Source of the DNA: Microthyrium microscopicum
Lineage: Eukaryota
Reading direction: 5' to 3'
Length of the DNA: 64,000 nt
Assembly: GCA_010405405.1 (NCBI GenBank)
Contig: MU004237.1
Span: forward strand, 1,065,345 to 1,129,344
Part shown: one piece after another, positions 22,057 through 35,091 of the stretch
Layout of the letters: each line of letters starts with the position of its first letter
How positions within the stretch are numbered: the stretch's first letter is position 1
Position numbers and translations under genes: made by a program
The notes under the pieces: model-generated
What the model was told of the DNA's origin: nothing
Database searches by the model: none
What the model saw: only the letters and a program-made list of their open reading frames with translations

Positions 22057-22525
22057 TCGTAAGTACAAGGACGGCGAGCGTAAAGTGTTTTGGTCGCGAT
22101 TCTCGGGAATTGGGGCGGCATGCTTTGTTTACAAAGGTTGAAGTGAAGTTGGACAAGGTTGTACTGGCCCCCACGGTCACTGAGACACTGCCACCCTCTG
22201 TAGGATCAAAGCGGTATTTTTGTAGAAAATCAAGATTTTTGGAAGAGGTAGTACGGAGAAATCAACAAATCTGAAGTAAGGTAGTGTATTTTGCTTGTTA
22301 CTGACCGGTCAAAGTGGCACACAGGAATGAGGCTTGTCATCGTCTCCAGTGGGGCTGTTCGGACATTGAAGGCAGACACTCAGCCTCCTATCAATACTAT
22401 CGATTTCAGCAAGCCCAAACGCAGCCAGGATATCAAATCCTTCCCGAAGTTATTTGTTAGGATGGTATATACTAGTAAACCATAGACTGGGAATACAAGT
22501 ATTTACCTCTGCATATGAGAGCACC

Positions 22526-24736
22526 CTAGATATAAGACCTCTCCGCATAACTCTGTATGATCCCGGCTGGAGTAGCCTCATACTCTTTCAGCACCACCTT
22601 TTCACCTTCAATGATGGTATTCGCCTGCACAAACACCTTCCGCGGTACCTTGGCTGCCAGCACCGCCGGTCTGACCTTCTCCGCAAAGAATGAATCCACA
22701 GCTGTGATGTCGTTATATAGCTTCGTACCACCTTCAACATCGCCCGTCGCCTTGAGCACATGCAGTTTCTGCAAATAGCTCTCCACCGCCGGTCGACCTA
22801 GACTCAGAATCTTGTTGCGCTCAATACGCACCGTCAGGTCACTGAGATCGTCCTTGGTGTAGTCTAAGCTTGCAAACTCCTTGCCGGCGTCCAAGAATGT
22901 GCGGAGAATAGAGTAGCGTGCTTGCATATGTGCTTGGCCCCACTTACGCGCTTTGGGGTCCCAGAACTCGAGAGCAACGATACCAGCGCGCGCCATGGAT
23001 AGATAAGATGCGTAGAGCACATCGCCGGCTGGACTGTCCATAGCCTCTGAGCCATTGCCAAAGCCAAAGACTTTGAGGACGGAAAAGTCGCAGGACAGTG
23101 CCATGGCGACACATTCGGCGCGACATTCTTCGTAACTGCTGGCAATGGAGCCAAATACTCCACCCCACGTTTGACCGGGCTTATACCATGTGGTGACAGG
23201 CTTGTTGTTTAGTGGACTGATTGGAGGGTTCTCCTTGTCGAAATTGAAAACGCCGGATGCGGTTTCTTGCAGGAGCTTTCCGCAACCATGTCCGAGAAGC
23301 TCGTGGAGACCTACTTGGACTTCGAAGGCCTCATCGCGGTATTTTTGATAGACTTCTAGATCAGTTTCTTTGATGAAGGGGATTTTCTCATTGGGTGCTT
23401 TTGCACTGAGGACGTTGCCCAGAGATACATTCTTGAATCCTTCGGTTTGTCGTATATCATCATAGTTGGGGATGTTGATTCCGGCCTAATTCGAGTCAGC
23501 ATTGAGTTCACGCAAGAAGTGATTGACCAACCGGAATACCACTGCCAGCAAAGGTCAAAACCTCCAAGCTGGTGAAGTCGGGGCTTAAGAACTTGTCCTT
23601 CTCAAAGTCCTTAGACCATGGAAGTTTCGGGATTAGTTCTGGCGCAGCGTCTACGAGCTTGCCAAACGCTTTGGTTCGCTCCTTGTTGACCATGGCCACA
23701 AAACCTTCCCATTCACCACGGATTCCATGAGGATCGCGATATGTCTCCACAAACCCGATGTCTGTTTCCACCATCGGACCCTTGTCTCGAATCCAAAAGC
23801 GTTGGCTGTTCTTGTAGGCCTCCAACGAACCAGTTGTGAAGGACTTGGCATATTCTTTTATCATGCTCTTTTCGTTATCATTGGCAGCATATTTCTCAGC
23901 ATTTTCAATTGCAGATGCAATAGTTCCCATCTCTTTCGTATGGTCACCATATATCAATTTGACTTTGCTGCCTCTTTCCGTTGTCCATTCCGAATCCTTG
24001 ACATCGCGATCACTGGCTGATGGGTCGCTTTGAGAGGACGCAATGAGCACTTCGAAGCTGTCTCCGGTTTTGCGTATTCTTGTATTCTCTGGTAAGAGGC
24101 TCTTGGAGGCGAGGAAGTCACTGAGCTCACCAATTTCTGCCTGCGTGATATCGGGACTGTCAGGATAATATGTGCTCAGATGACCGGCATCTGGATAGCC
24201 AAAATGCATCAACTCCACTGTTTCGTTTGCGTAGATAGCATCTTTGAACTTTGCGTACAACGCTTTGGTCTCAGAGTTGAGAGCTCCCAACTTCGCGAGC
24301 TTCTCGGGTTCGATTCTAGGGATGAATTTGCTGTCTCCAAATGACTTGTAGTTACCACAATTGCCCATGAACTGAGCAGCATAGTTAAGGAAGCCCTTCA
24401 GCTCGTCATCCGTGATTCCAGCCTCGTCCTTGACTTTGTTCCAATCGCCATTGTAGCTTTTGTGGAGGGTTATGATAAAGTCGTAGATAGCTTCGGCTTC
24501 GGGAGAGACTTGGCGCAATACAATGCGTGTTCCGGCGAGACAGGCTCTAAAACAAATATATCAGCACTGCTGACGGAAAGTTAGACAGCTGTCAGTGAGG
24601 CTTACACGGAAATCCAATGAGAATATAGCTTCTCTTTGTCGCTGAGTGCCTCGAAGTGGGGCTTAATGGCTAGTGGAACAACGGTAGGTGGGCTATCCGC
24701 CAAGTATTGCTTGAGAACTTCTTGATCGATGGTCAT
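22526..24736 (-). CDS. DPP3: Dipeptidyl peptidase III (peptidase M49), 3 exons
   Basis: Zinc motif HELLGH (VQVGLHELLGHGCGK, ~23280-23325), EECRAE, IGFVETYRDPHGIRGEWEGFVA, GIPAGINIPNY across the intron, and WGQAHMQAR. Confidence 0.96.
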
Positions 24737-25369
24737 GATTAGGACGGAGATTTTCTTGTCGGAGATTTCTTGCAAAGGAGATATTTGTAGTTGTTTACAT
24801 ATGTTGTTTGTCGTGTAGTTGTGTACAAGTTGTTGATGAGCGATTCCCCGCAAAGTAGCTGTTCCACCAAAGGCGCGATGGCGGCAGACTAGCTGGGTAG
24901 CGTCGGGAAGGCTTACAGGGATCCTAGATCCCAATGGGGAAGTCAAGGGCACGATATCCGACGCGTTCTTTCATGACCAGATCATCAATCATCCAGAACG
25001 ACTGTATGAACAAAACATATTGCTAAAACTACCTCCTGTGGATGGTGTGTCTATAGACGAAGAAGCTTAGAATATCCCTTTACTAATATAATAACCCGCC
25101 AAGCTCTTGGATCTCGGCGCTCGCTGTCAGCCGTGTCAGCATCAGATCGGACTCTGTGGACTCTACATAAACTTTTCGTCTAGGCACTTCCTCTACATTA
25201 ACTTCCAAGAGCTTGTCAACAGCACTGACAACCCGTGCTGACACCTTCCCCTCTGACAATTCTGCTCTGTTGGACATCTAAACCACTGCATTCTGCTACC
25301 TATATTCTTTGGGCAGGACTCTTAATTCTATCAACATCTTTACCGCGCCGAGTCGGTCGTCCATCCATT

Positions 25370-26707
25370 ATGGAGAATCTAGTATTCGACTGGAACTGGA
25401 CTAGTGTAGCCCTCGTTGCTGTTGGGTATGTCTGTACCATTCGCCTCCTAAGGTACAGGACGGAAGGAAGCCTCCAAAAGAAATACCCATACAAGAGCCG
25501 GGAAACCATGAAGAAAATGACATTACAAGAAGCCTATGAAATTCAGAAAGTCCTATTTTCCCAAGAGTTTCCATTCACGGCTGAAAAAGCCCTTCAATTC
25601 GCCTTATTCAGGTCAGTATCTACCCTTTAGCGAAACAGGCTGATTAGACATCAATGTCCATCACAACATCTCGTTGCTCCAGACCCTACATCATGGTGAC
25701 CCATCTCCATAACCTTTCTAATGAACCCCAGAACATATGGCATCCCCAGCATATCCACCCTCCTCGTCAAAACCCGCCAACTCTCCACCCGCTCAACCGT
25801 CGGCAAGCGCTACGCAGACACAGCCGTCCTTATCGAGGAGTTCATGGGCAACGCGCCCAACCATCCGCGTACCATCGCAGCCATATCACGCATGAACTAC
25901 CTCCATGCCATATACCAGAAACAAAATCTCATTTCAAACGACGACCTGCTCTACACGCTCTCGCTCTTCGCACTTGAACCCATGCGATGGTTTGCGAGAT
26001 ACGAGTGGCGAAGTCTCAACGACTTGGAGAAATGCGCATTTGGCGTGTTTTGGAAAGCCCAGGGTGATGCGATGGGCATTGACATGAGCTGTCTCAGCTC
26101 CAAGGAGGCGGGCAGCGGACTAGAGTGGATGGAAAAGTTGGAAGCGTGGTCGGATGCGTATGAAGAGAAAGCTATGGTGCCCGGTATAAGCAATAAAACG
26201 ACAGCAGACCAAACAGTCGCAGTCCTCCTATGGGACGTTCCGTCGGCCCTTCATCCTTTTGGTCGCAAAGTCGTATCTGCGCTGATGGACGAACGGTTGC
26301 GGAAGGCAATGATGTATGATGCGCCGCCTTCATGGCTACAGAGCACGGTTGAGGGGGCTCTCAAGGGACGAGCAGTATTCATTCGGTATTTGATGCCGCC
26401 GAGACCGTATTGGTTGCGGCATCGAAATATCGACGAGGAGCCGGACAGTGACGGAAGACTACATTTCACTTACTATGCGGCGGAGCCGTGGTATGTAAGG
26501 CGGAATATATGGACGCGGAATGATTTGACGGCATGGGTCAAGTGGATGATGGGCAATCCGATACCAGACAAACAATTTGCATCGGATGGATACTTGATAC
26601 CGGAAGTTGGGCCGAAACATGCCTTTGGGAAGGGCCTGAAAGAACAAGAGATTGAGGAAGAAAAGTTGAGGAAGATGAAGCGCGGAGGATGCCCGTTTGC
26701 GATATAG
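25370..26707 (+). CDS. ER-bound oxygenase MpaB / rubber oxygenase (Lcp)-like family protein, 2 exons
   Basis: N-terminal membrane anchor (WTSVALVAVGYVCTIRLLRYR), ALQFALFR|TYGIPSIS, KRYADT, RMNYLH (putative haem His), ISNDDLLYTLSLF and C-terminal GGCPF. Confidence 0.85.
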
Positions 26708-26775
26708 ACGCTCATAATAGCAGTTAAATTTGATGCTTCATGATTCGAAGCGAGAGCTTTTGATTGTGGTGCTGG

Positions 26776-28357
26776 TTATCGTAGACCAGCTACCATTCGC
26801 TCTATGTGTTCTAGATATGACTTGACCAGCTCACCAGCTCTGGCAACCATTGCACCGTCGCATACACGGTGGTCTGCACTCCAGCTGAATACGGCCTCTT
26901 CTCTCCGCACTAATTCTCCCTCTGATCCAAACGCTGGTATTGCTCTTGCTCGGCCAACGCCTAGAATCGCCACCTGGGGACATACAATAACGGGCGCCAC
27001 CGCTCCACCACCTATGCTTCCAATGTTGCTGATGGTAAATGTTGCGCCTGATAAATCTGATGGCGCGAGCTTGTTTGTCCGCGCCAGTTCGCTAAGCCGC
27101 TTGATTTCTGTTGCAATGGAGCTGATACTATGTGACTGCACATTACGTATTACTGGCACAATGAGACCACTTGGTGTATCTATTGCCACGCCAATGTTGT
27201 GAGCTGCCTTATGCGTGAGTTTTGGCTTATTTACGTCTGATGCGTCGAGGTGAGAATTAAGCGTTGGGAACGATTCGAGGGCCATGGAGACAGCTTTTAT
27301 TATGAAAGGTAGAGGTGAGATCTTGATGGCTTTCTGGGGATCGAGCGTGTTTTGATGCGAATTTAGACGTTGTCTAAGCTCGTTTAGTTGGGTAAAATCT
27401 ATCGAGTCTGTGTAGAGGAAATGTGGTACTGTCAAGGATTTGGTCATCGTCTTAAACATATGCGCCGCTATGCCAGTCAATGGTACAACCTTGTCTTCTC
27501 CAGATTGCGTTGGAATGGGGCGAACCGATTGTGCTGTTGTACTTGATGAGCTCTTTCTTGAGGAGGCAAAATTCTGAAGATCCTCTTTTAGGACTCTGCC
27601 ATCCTTTCCAGTTCCAGTGATTTCTGATATGTTTATGTCGAGCTCTTTAGATAGATGACGCACTGCAGGCGTCGCAAGGCTTCCATTGCTTGCAAAGTTC
27701 TTTGACATTGGACGCTTAGTCGGAGATGTGTCCTCGATAGCTTCCTTCGCGGAAGATGTGGTTGGTGAGGATTGGAAGGGTGTTTGTTCCCCAGACTGCA
27801 CTGGTGATTCGTTGACTTCTGCTTCGAGCTTTTCGGCTGCTTCCTCGTTGACATCAATGTCTATCAGCGCCTATTCATGATGAGCCACGCATTCTTGCCA
27901 AAAGAGGAGGTCTAACCTGTCCAGTCTTAACTACATCATCCACATCAAAATGAAGCTTCTTTATGACTCCATCGAATCTTGAAGTGATCTAGAAACATCA
28001 GCCTCTGATCAGTCCAAACTATTTGTTCTCACCTCAACCGACGCCTTGTCTGATTGCACTTCGCATATTGGGTCGAACTGTGCTACGCGTGCGCCTGGTT
28101 GAACGAACCATTGACAGAGGAGAACCTGATCAATTCCTACAATAGTATTTAGTCCTACTTCCAGCATACAGCTCGGTTGGTTCTAGCCTACCTTCTCCAA
28201 CATCAGACAGTATGAATGGTTTGACAATCTGTAGCGAAGGTGAAGCGTGCAACGAGGCCCGCTGGCTGCGAGGAAGGGAAGTTCGTGGAATGCGAGGATG
28301 AAGAGGTCGCGAGATGCGTACTAGGCCCGCGACAGCCGTTTTGGATGTCATAATCAT
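26776..28357 (-). CDS. Dihydrolipoamide branched-chain transacylase (E2 of branched-chain 2-oxoacid dehydrogenase), 4 exons
   Basis: Mitochondrial-type presequence; lipoyl domain PFILSDVGEGI...ICEVQSDKASVEITSRFDG; E3-binding LATPAVRHL...GTGKDGRVLKED; catalytic WSADHRVCDGA. Confidence 0.95.
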
Positions 28358-28768
28358 GAGTCCGCGATCAATCAGAGCAATGCTATGCTAAAATCGAAAA
28401 TTGAACATATAGATTCTTCTCGTGTGCAGAAAACAAAGACTTTTGGTATTGAGCAAGGGAGAAGTTAGACAAATGTATGCCGATGCTAGCCGCTGCTGCA
28501 CAACGTCAGCGATCCAGGGGCAGCCGAACCTCAATCGCGTCTGGCGTTTACTCTTAACGCGGTGCATAATCGTTCTCACTTATCTGCCTTTTCATTTTCC
28601 CATCAATATGTGGAAACTTGAAAAATTGCCATTGAGTTTGTGCTGTCGAGACTGTGGCCTAGGCTCTAGCAATTGTGCCTTGACAAGAGCTTGGAGAGTC
28701 CACTTCACTCACAACAACAACATTATCGTCAGATCAAAACAGGAACAAGAATACTTCCTTTTTCAGAT

Positions 28769-30104
28769 ATGAGAGTATTGTTTTCTCTTTTTCTACTGAA
28801 TTTCCATCAATGGAGGTCTGTGGATGCACATTCCCACCACGACCATCAAAAGCCGTTGAGCGAAGATGAGCTATCGAAGCTTCAAGCAAAATGGGGAACA
28901 GATGTTTGCAATCCCCATAACCTTGATATAAGCTAGAGTGGTACTCACTACAAGCCAGTGGGGATTCTCTGGTATCATGACTTTCGCCCATTTACCTCAT
29001 GTTAGATGTCTAGTTGAGCCAAGTCAATTGTTCGACATCGCGATCATAGGCGCACCTTTTGATACCGCTGTATCCTACCGACCGGGTGAGTGCTAATACG
29101 GAGACGTGAATTTTATGTCGTTGTCAAGCTTGATAATTTCAAACCACTAGAAAGAGCAATGCTAAGATAGCCTAGGTGCGAGATTTGGCCCAAGAGCTAT
29201 ACGTGCAGCGTCCGCGCGGCAAGTCTCCTTCAGAAGTTTTAACCACCGGGCTGGAATCAATCCATACATGTCATGGGCCAAAGTTCTGGACTGTGGGGAT
29301 ATTCCAATTACTCCAGTGGACAACAGGCTTGCCTTGCGACAAATGACTGAAGCATACACCGAACTTGGAAGCAGAAAGGCACTTTCAAGCTCATCTGGAT
29401 ATCCCTCTAAACCAAAACTAATCACCCTCGGTGGAGACCACTCAATTGCTCTCGCAGCCCTTCGTGGATTAAACAAAGTATATGGCGAGCCTCTCACAGT
29501 CGTACACTTCGATGCCCACCTCGATACCTGGCATCCTGCAAAGTACCCCTCCGAGTGGATACAAGATGACGACCCTTCTGAACCATCCTACTTCAACCAC
29601 GGGAGCATGTTCTGGATGGCCGGAATCGAAGGACTGATAGCCAATGACTCGTCCGTTCATGCCGGCCTACGAACCCGCTTAAGCGGCACAGATTGGACAG
29701 ATAACGATGACGACACTAAACAAGGCTGGATGCGTATCTCCAGCGACGACATTGATGATATAGGCACAAAAGGTGTGATTGAGCAAATCATGTCACGAGT
29801 GGGTACTGAGAGGCCAGTCTATCTTAGTGTTGATATCGATGTCTTGGATCCTGGTTTGGCTCCTGGAACAGGCACACCTGAACCGGGTGGTTGGACAACA
29901 AGAGAGCTCATTCGTATACTACGAGGTATTGAGAAGCTCAATGTTGTTGGCGCCGATGTTGTTGAAGTATCTCCGCCGTATGATGGACAAGGAGAGGAGA
30001 CTGCTTTGGCGGCTGCTCAGGTTGTGTACGAGATTATGTCAAGTATCGTGAAGCGAGCTGGTGGGAACAGTAAGGGGCAGAAGAAGACCAAAGACGAGCT
30101 ATGA
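28769..30104 (+). CDS. Agmatinase/guanidinobutyrase-type ureohydrolase (arginase family), 3 exons, possible signal peptide
   Basis: [64 protein letters not shown] and DVVEVSP. Confidence 0.93.
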
Positions 30105-32174
30105 TGGGGTAAAAATGTGGTCTCTAGCTTCAAGATATCTTGATAAGCTCAAACGGCTGAAGATAGATCCCCAATCAAGATATCTTGATGTCTAGAACCG
30201 GGATTCAGAGGCTCATTGCCTATGGACAAGGAATAAACTATCATTACTACTTAATGATACGATCTGAACGATTTCGTGACATCGGTTCCAAGATTGATGT
30301 CCAAGTCCAAGAAGCAAGCAGAACAAATATGATCTTCAGGAGAAATGATATCGTGATACTCCTCTATAGCGCTCACGTAAAATAAATACCAGCGAAAAAG
30401 CCACGATCTCTAGCCTTGTCTCCACCCCCAGAATCGGGCAAGTTAAGGCGGCCCCCGAAGCGTGGAGGTGGCGTCCCTGTGACAAACTGACTCCTTCTCC
30501 TCGACGGCGTATTATTTAGCGCTGCGTCCCGTTTAGCGAGTCGCAAGGCACTACCAATGGTTTTTACGAAATAATTGATAATGGTGTTTGGATTGTACAA
30601 GGAAAGTTCTCTCAAACCATTTTGTTCCAGCAGTTCGGGTCTGGTGTCATGCTCGACATACGAAGTGTCGCAATATCTCAACGGCGTCGTTGAACGCCTC
30701 GCTGCGAATCCTACAAGGCTGAGAAATACCAAAGTTCTGTTCTGAGTGTATCCCAGACTTTTTGAGAGGGAAAGAGGATATTGTCATCTGTGTCACAATG
30801 TGCTGTTCAATGATCCCGACTGGCATCTTTACACAACTCTACCCCCACTCCTTCCAATTACAACATGATGCCGAAATTGGCGGTGTGAAGCGGACAATTT
30901 CCCAAGTCCTTGCGCTGTCAAATGCAAATGCAGGTCCCGACCAGTCCAAACTGACCAATCTTCAAAGACTGCAGTTCGCGTCGAGTAAGAGAAATGAGGA
31001 GTTGAGTTCTGTTGGGCTTTTGCGGGGAGATCGGCAAGACCAGAAAAGGCGGGTTCTTGAGCGATCCGGTATGATGCGGCCACGTAGAATAATGCATGTC
31101 GTACAAGCGAGCCAATTGGTAGAATCCAAGAGCGCATAAAGCCTTTTTCTTCCAATGCATGTATAATCTGGGGGAGAAAACTTGGAGCATACCACTACTA
31201 GAAATTAGTCCGTTTGGATGTCATAGGCGGAGATACCTGGCTCGAGATCGTCACTGGCTTGTTTGAATGGATTATGGGCCGTCGGCTAGCTGGTTTGAGA
31301 TTATTCTAGGAATAGGCTACTATTGTAAGTGGTCATATGGTTAGCATCATTATTAACTGTGATTGTTGAGAGATTATGGGGATTGGCATGGCAAATCGTA
31401 ATATCCCATGCGCAAGATGGGGAGTACCTTAAGCAGGTACTACACGACAGGGACTTCAAAGGTAGCACAAGAGTTGTAGTAGTTTGGTAGTCAACAATGT
31501 GGAAAGTGGGTAGTAGTGCAAAATACGAGGTAGCAGTATCAATCATAGTACTGCCTCTTTCATTTTGTGCAGGATGTCGGCGCGATCCATAGGGATTCTT
31601 GAATTCGTCATCCATCGAGAAATGAATTACCCCACAAGTAGCCTAGGGAGGAGCGTATTACTTGCACAAGTAAAGCCTACCGTGCTCGTTGTACCTTGAT
31701 CGCTGCAGCGGTGTTACACTCTTACGTTTCCGCGGAGTAAGTACAATGTCGCGTGATGGTTGAAGAGAGTACCTGTCACATTGATCGCAAGCAGAAAGAC
31801 AAGGCTCCATAGCATTGGGGGAACAACCCCGGAAACCACTCATTCAAATCAAGATATTTTGATATATGGACCTATTTTGGGACCCGAATTGAAAGCTATG
31901 TATAGTGTAAACAGAAAAGTTGGCAGAAATCGCTGAAACAAATGTTGCTTATGACCAAAACCCCAATGCTAAATCAAAATGCTGTGATATGTTGTTGCTA
32001 ATTTCGAAAATCGCGCAATTCGATTATAGTGTAATAACCATTTTGAATCGTAAAAGGAAGACCGGGTCGCATGGCTGGACTGAGGGTAAGGTCCCAGTCA
32101 TCAAATAGATGAAGGGTTGGATGTTAAAGTAAAAAGCTGAAAACGCGCCAGGGGTATCATAATCATGCAGGTGT

Positions 32175-32880
32175 TCATCTCGTTCCCTGGTCGATATCCT
32201 GGGCCAGGATCGCGCGAACAGTCTCGAAAGCCATTGTTTGTACTTCGTTTGGAGTGCCGCTTACATCGATGGAATGGACATCGTATTCCTTTCTCGGCTC
32301 CTCTAGGCTTTGCAGTTGACTTTGGACCATAGATTGCTTCATGTAATGTCCTTGTCTTTGTGCGACTCGTTGTAAGAGGACTTCTTCTGAAGCTCGGAGG
32401 TAGATGAAATGGATGAGGAGGCTGGGTTCGTTGTATTGCGCGATGCGGATAACATCTCGGTATTTTCGTTTTAGAGCGCTGCATGTCAGGACGACTCCTG
32501 AACATCCAGTATCAAGCTCTTGTTCGGCTGCTTCGCGCAGGTTTACGAGCCAGTCCCAACGGTCTGCATCAGCTAATGGTACTCCAGCCCTCATCTTTTC
32601 CACATTTTCTTGTGGGTGATACTGTAGCTATACGTTAGTATTTGAGCTGACATGGCACACCAAAGAGCAGAATGCTTACATTATCGCCCTCTAAATATGG
32701 TAAATCAAAAAGTTTTGAGAGATGTTTTGCAACGGTGGTTTTACCACAACCGGCAGGTCCCGTTACGATGAAGAGATGCTTGTGAAGAAATCGACCTCTT
32801 GACGTTCTAGGCATTGTGATGGAGGGCATACGGTGGGAGGCATAGATAGATGATGCCGGTACGGAATCGTACGTCAACAT
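32175..32880 (-). CDS. Gluconokinase (GntK/IdnK family), 2 exons
   Basis: P-loop VTGPAGCGKTT, EGDN|YHPQENVEKM..GVPLADADRWDWL, VLTCSALKRKYRD and RQGHYMKQSMVQSQL..LEEP. Start uncertain (several Met). Confidence 0.92.
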
Positions 32881-35091
32881 ATTGAATAGCAATTCCAGAC
32901 AATGACTGGATGATGTATATAGGGGTGATGGTGAAGATTATGTTCAAGTTAAGGACTTGTTTGACTCTTTAATGCAATAAAGAATGTTCTGTGAAAGTAG
33001 GAAGAAAAAGTTAGAGGAGGTAAATAAAAGGTAATAACGAGCATCGTGAGGGAAAGGGGTGGGTGGCTTTATGAAGGCATTTCCTTAGACCACGAGAGAC
33101 AAACCAAGTGAACAGAAACAATCTTTCCCTGTCTGCAGATGCTGGTTCATGTTGCCCACGCGAGCCACGGCTCCAGGCGGGAAAGCGACAATTACCCTAC
33201 CAAATCCAACTTTAGTCAGAGCTAACCGTTCTTGTCCACTCTGTCCAGGCACAATGAAGTCACGGACTGTGACGTTGAAATAATCAATGGGGGCGATGAA
33301 CAGAATCTTGATCCATCCATATTCATAGTCTGTTCAACCAGTGGACACTCCAAAGCGGGGGGCTAGTATGTAACAAGCCAAGCATGGGGAAGCTGACCGT
33401 CCTTCTCATAATTCGCGCCCCTGGATGTTAATTCGACCATCGGTGGCGTGGGGGTGGAGACTGCTGAGAAAAGGGTTTTCATGAGGCGACCGGCCGATGG
33501 CGAGTGACCAACATACCGACATGTAAAAGTTGGATCTTTTTATCGGTTACGCTACCTGTTAGTGGGGCCAACAAATCTCCGATATGGCGGTCTGGCATAT
33601 TGCGAGAATGGAGGAGGATATTGGTCGCAGGCAGGATTGGCATTGGTCAATATCAATCCGGATTCCGAATTCGCGTATGAAGAGAATGCGTGCTAGGGAT
33701 TCAAGAAGTCGTAAAGAACGCTCAGAGAACCCACGCAGGCATAGTCCTGCAGGCTAAGCGTAACAACAACGCTCACCTGATTTCTCGAGGCTTTCACTGC
33801 TGGTTCGTTATTACTTCTCTGCTGCGCTGCAATCCAGTAGAATGATGCCAGATATTGCTGCAAGAACGTGAAGCCTGCAAAAGTATATTCCATAGCGATG
33901 CAGGTGACCCCCTGGGAGGTTTAGGAAGAGCAACACACTTGTAGTTGTTGTTCAAGCTAGTGATACGCGTAGTAGTATGCAATAATAGTCAAGCGCTTCG
34001 CTCTCCAATTCTATTCTGGGAACATTGTTAACGATCAGCTTACAGGTTTGTAGAGGTATTTCTCCAGTTATGATGCGGGGTAAGCCTCATAACTCAAGGC
34101 TTGTAGTCGGGCCGTGAGTCCAGATTTATTATGATGGAGCGGGAGGCCGCATACATAACATGAAAGATGAGGCTGAAGCTCCAAAAGCTTGACTTTCGTG
34201 TTGATATGAGATTTGTTAAAGCGAAATTGTTAGTGGACTCATTGCTGAAGAGAAGGATTCGTTGGATTTGAAGACCTGAGAGACCTAGTAGTCACACCTT
34301 CATTCGCGGACTGCGATGTAGCCAGTACAATAGTAGTCAGGCTGGGAATTGGCATGACCATCAATCTCAACTCCAGTGGTACAAGCTGGAATCCAGCGGC
34401 TGCGGCGGTATCATATCATTCTCGAGGTTGCGACATCTGCAATGCCTGTCAAGGTGGACAGTCTGCGCGTCAGATAAAACCGAGGCGAGAATTGCTCTCG
34501 CGTTCGGTCAGCCCTGTGCCCGAGAAGAGCCAGGGATATCAGGTTTTTCGACGTGGATCTGGCTGTCATTTGGGAGCATCGCCAACTTGTCGAAATAGAC
34601 CTGTTCGTAGTCACGCGACTATTTGCGGGGTTGACATGAAAGAGACAATATTCCTTCTGTGCGCTGGCTCGAATTGAGTCTTGAGGCAGTCTCTTGTGGA
34701 GCCCTGAAGCTGACACGCAACTTTGTAAGAGAAAACAACATTTGACGATGGTCTTCGTGTTGGTTGAACTGGAGGAGGATCATGAACTTCAATGTTGAAG
34801 TGCACATTGATGCAGACAACACCCAAAATCAAGGCTGCAAGGCCAGAAAGATGCCTTGTCGGATTGCCGCCCTAGCCCTAGAGGACATAGCTTCATGAGC
34901 TCCAACTCCCATCTTGACATCTATTCGAGCTCTTGTTCTGTTGTTGCCTTTCGGGATGTAAATTCTTATCACAAATTCCAGAGCTCATATGAACCAGACT
35001 GTCATCAAACCGATCCACTGAAATCGCGACACCTCAACTCAGATCCCGATTGCCTCGTGCTGCACACTTGCTACCTTGATTTCCTGTCGTC

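Noticed and set aside
30185..32108. Short ORFs between agmatinase and gluconokinase
   Set aside because: No consistent frame, splice pattern or recognisable motif.
22526..32880. Possible metabolic gene cluster (DPP3, MpaB-like, E2, agmatinase, gluconokinase)
   Set aside because: No backbone enzyme, transporter or shared pathway; looks like ordinary housekeeping neighbours.
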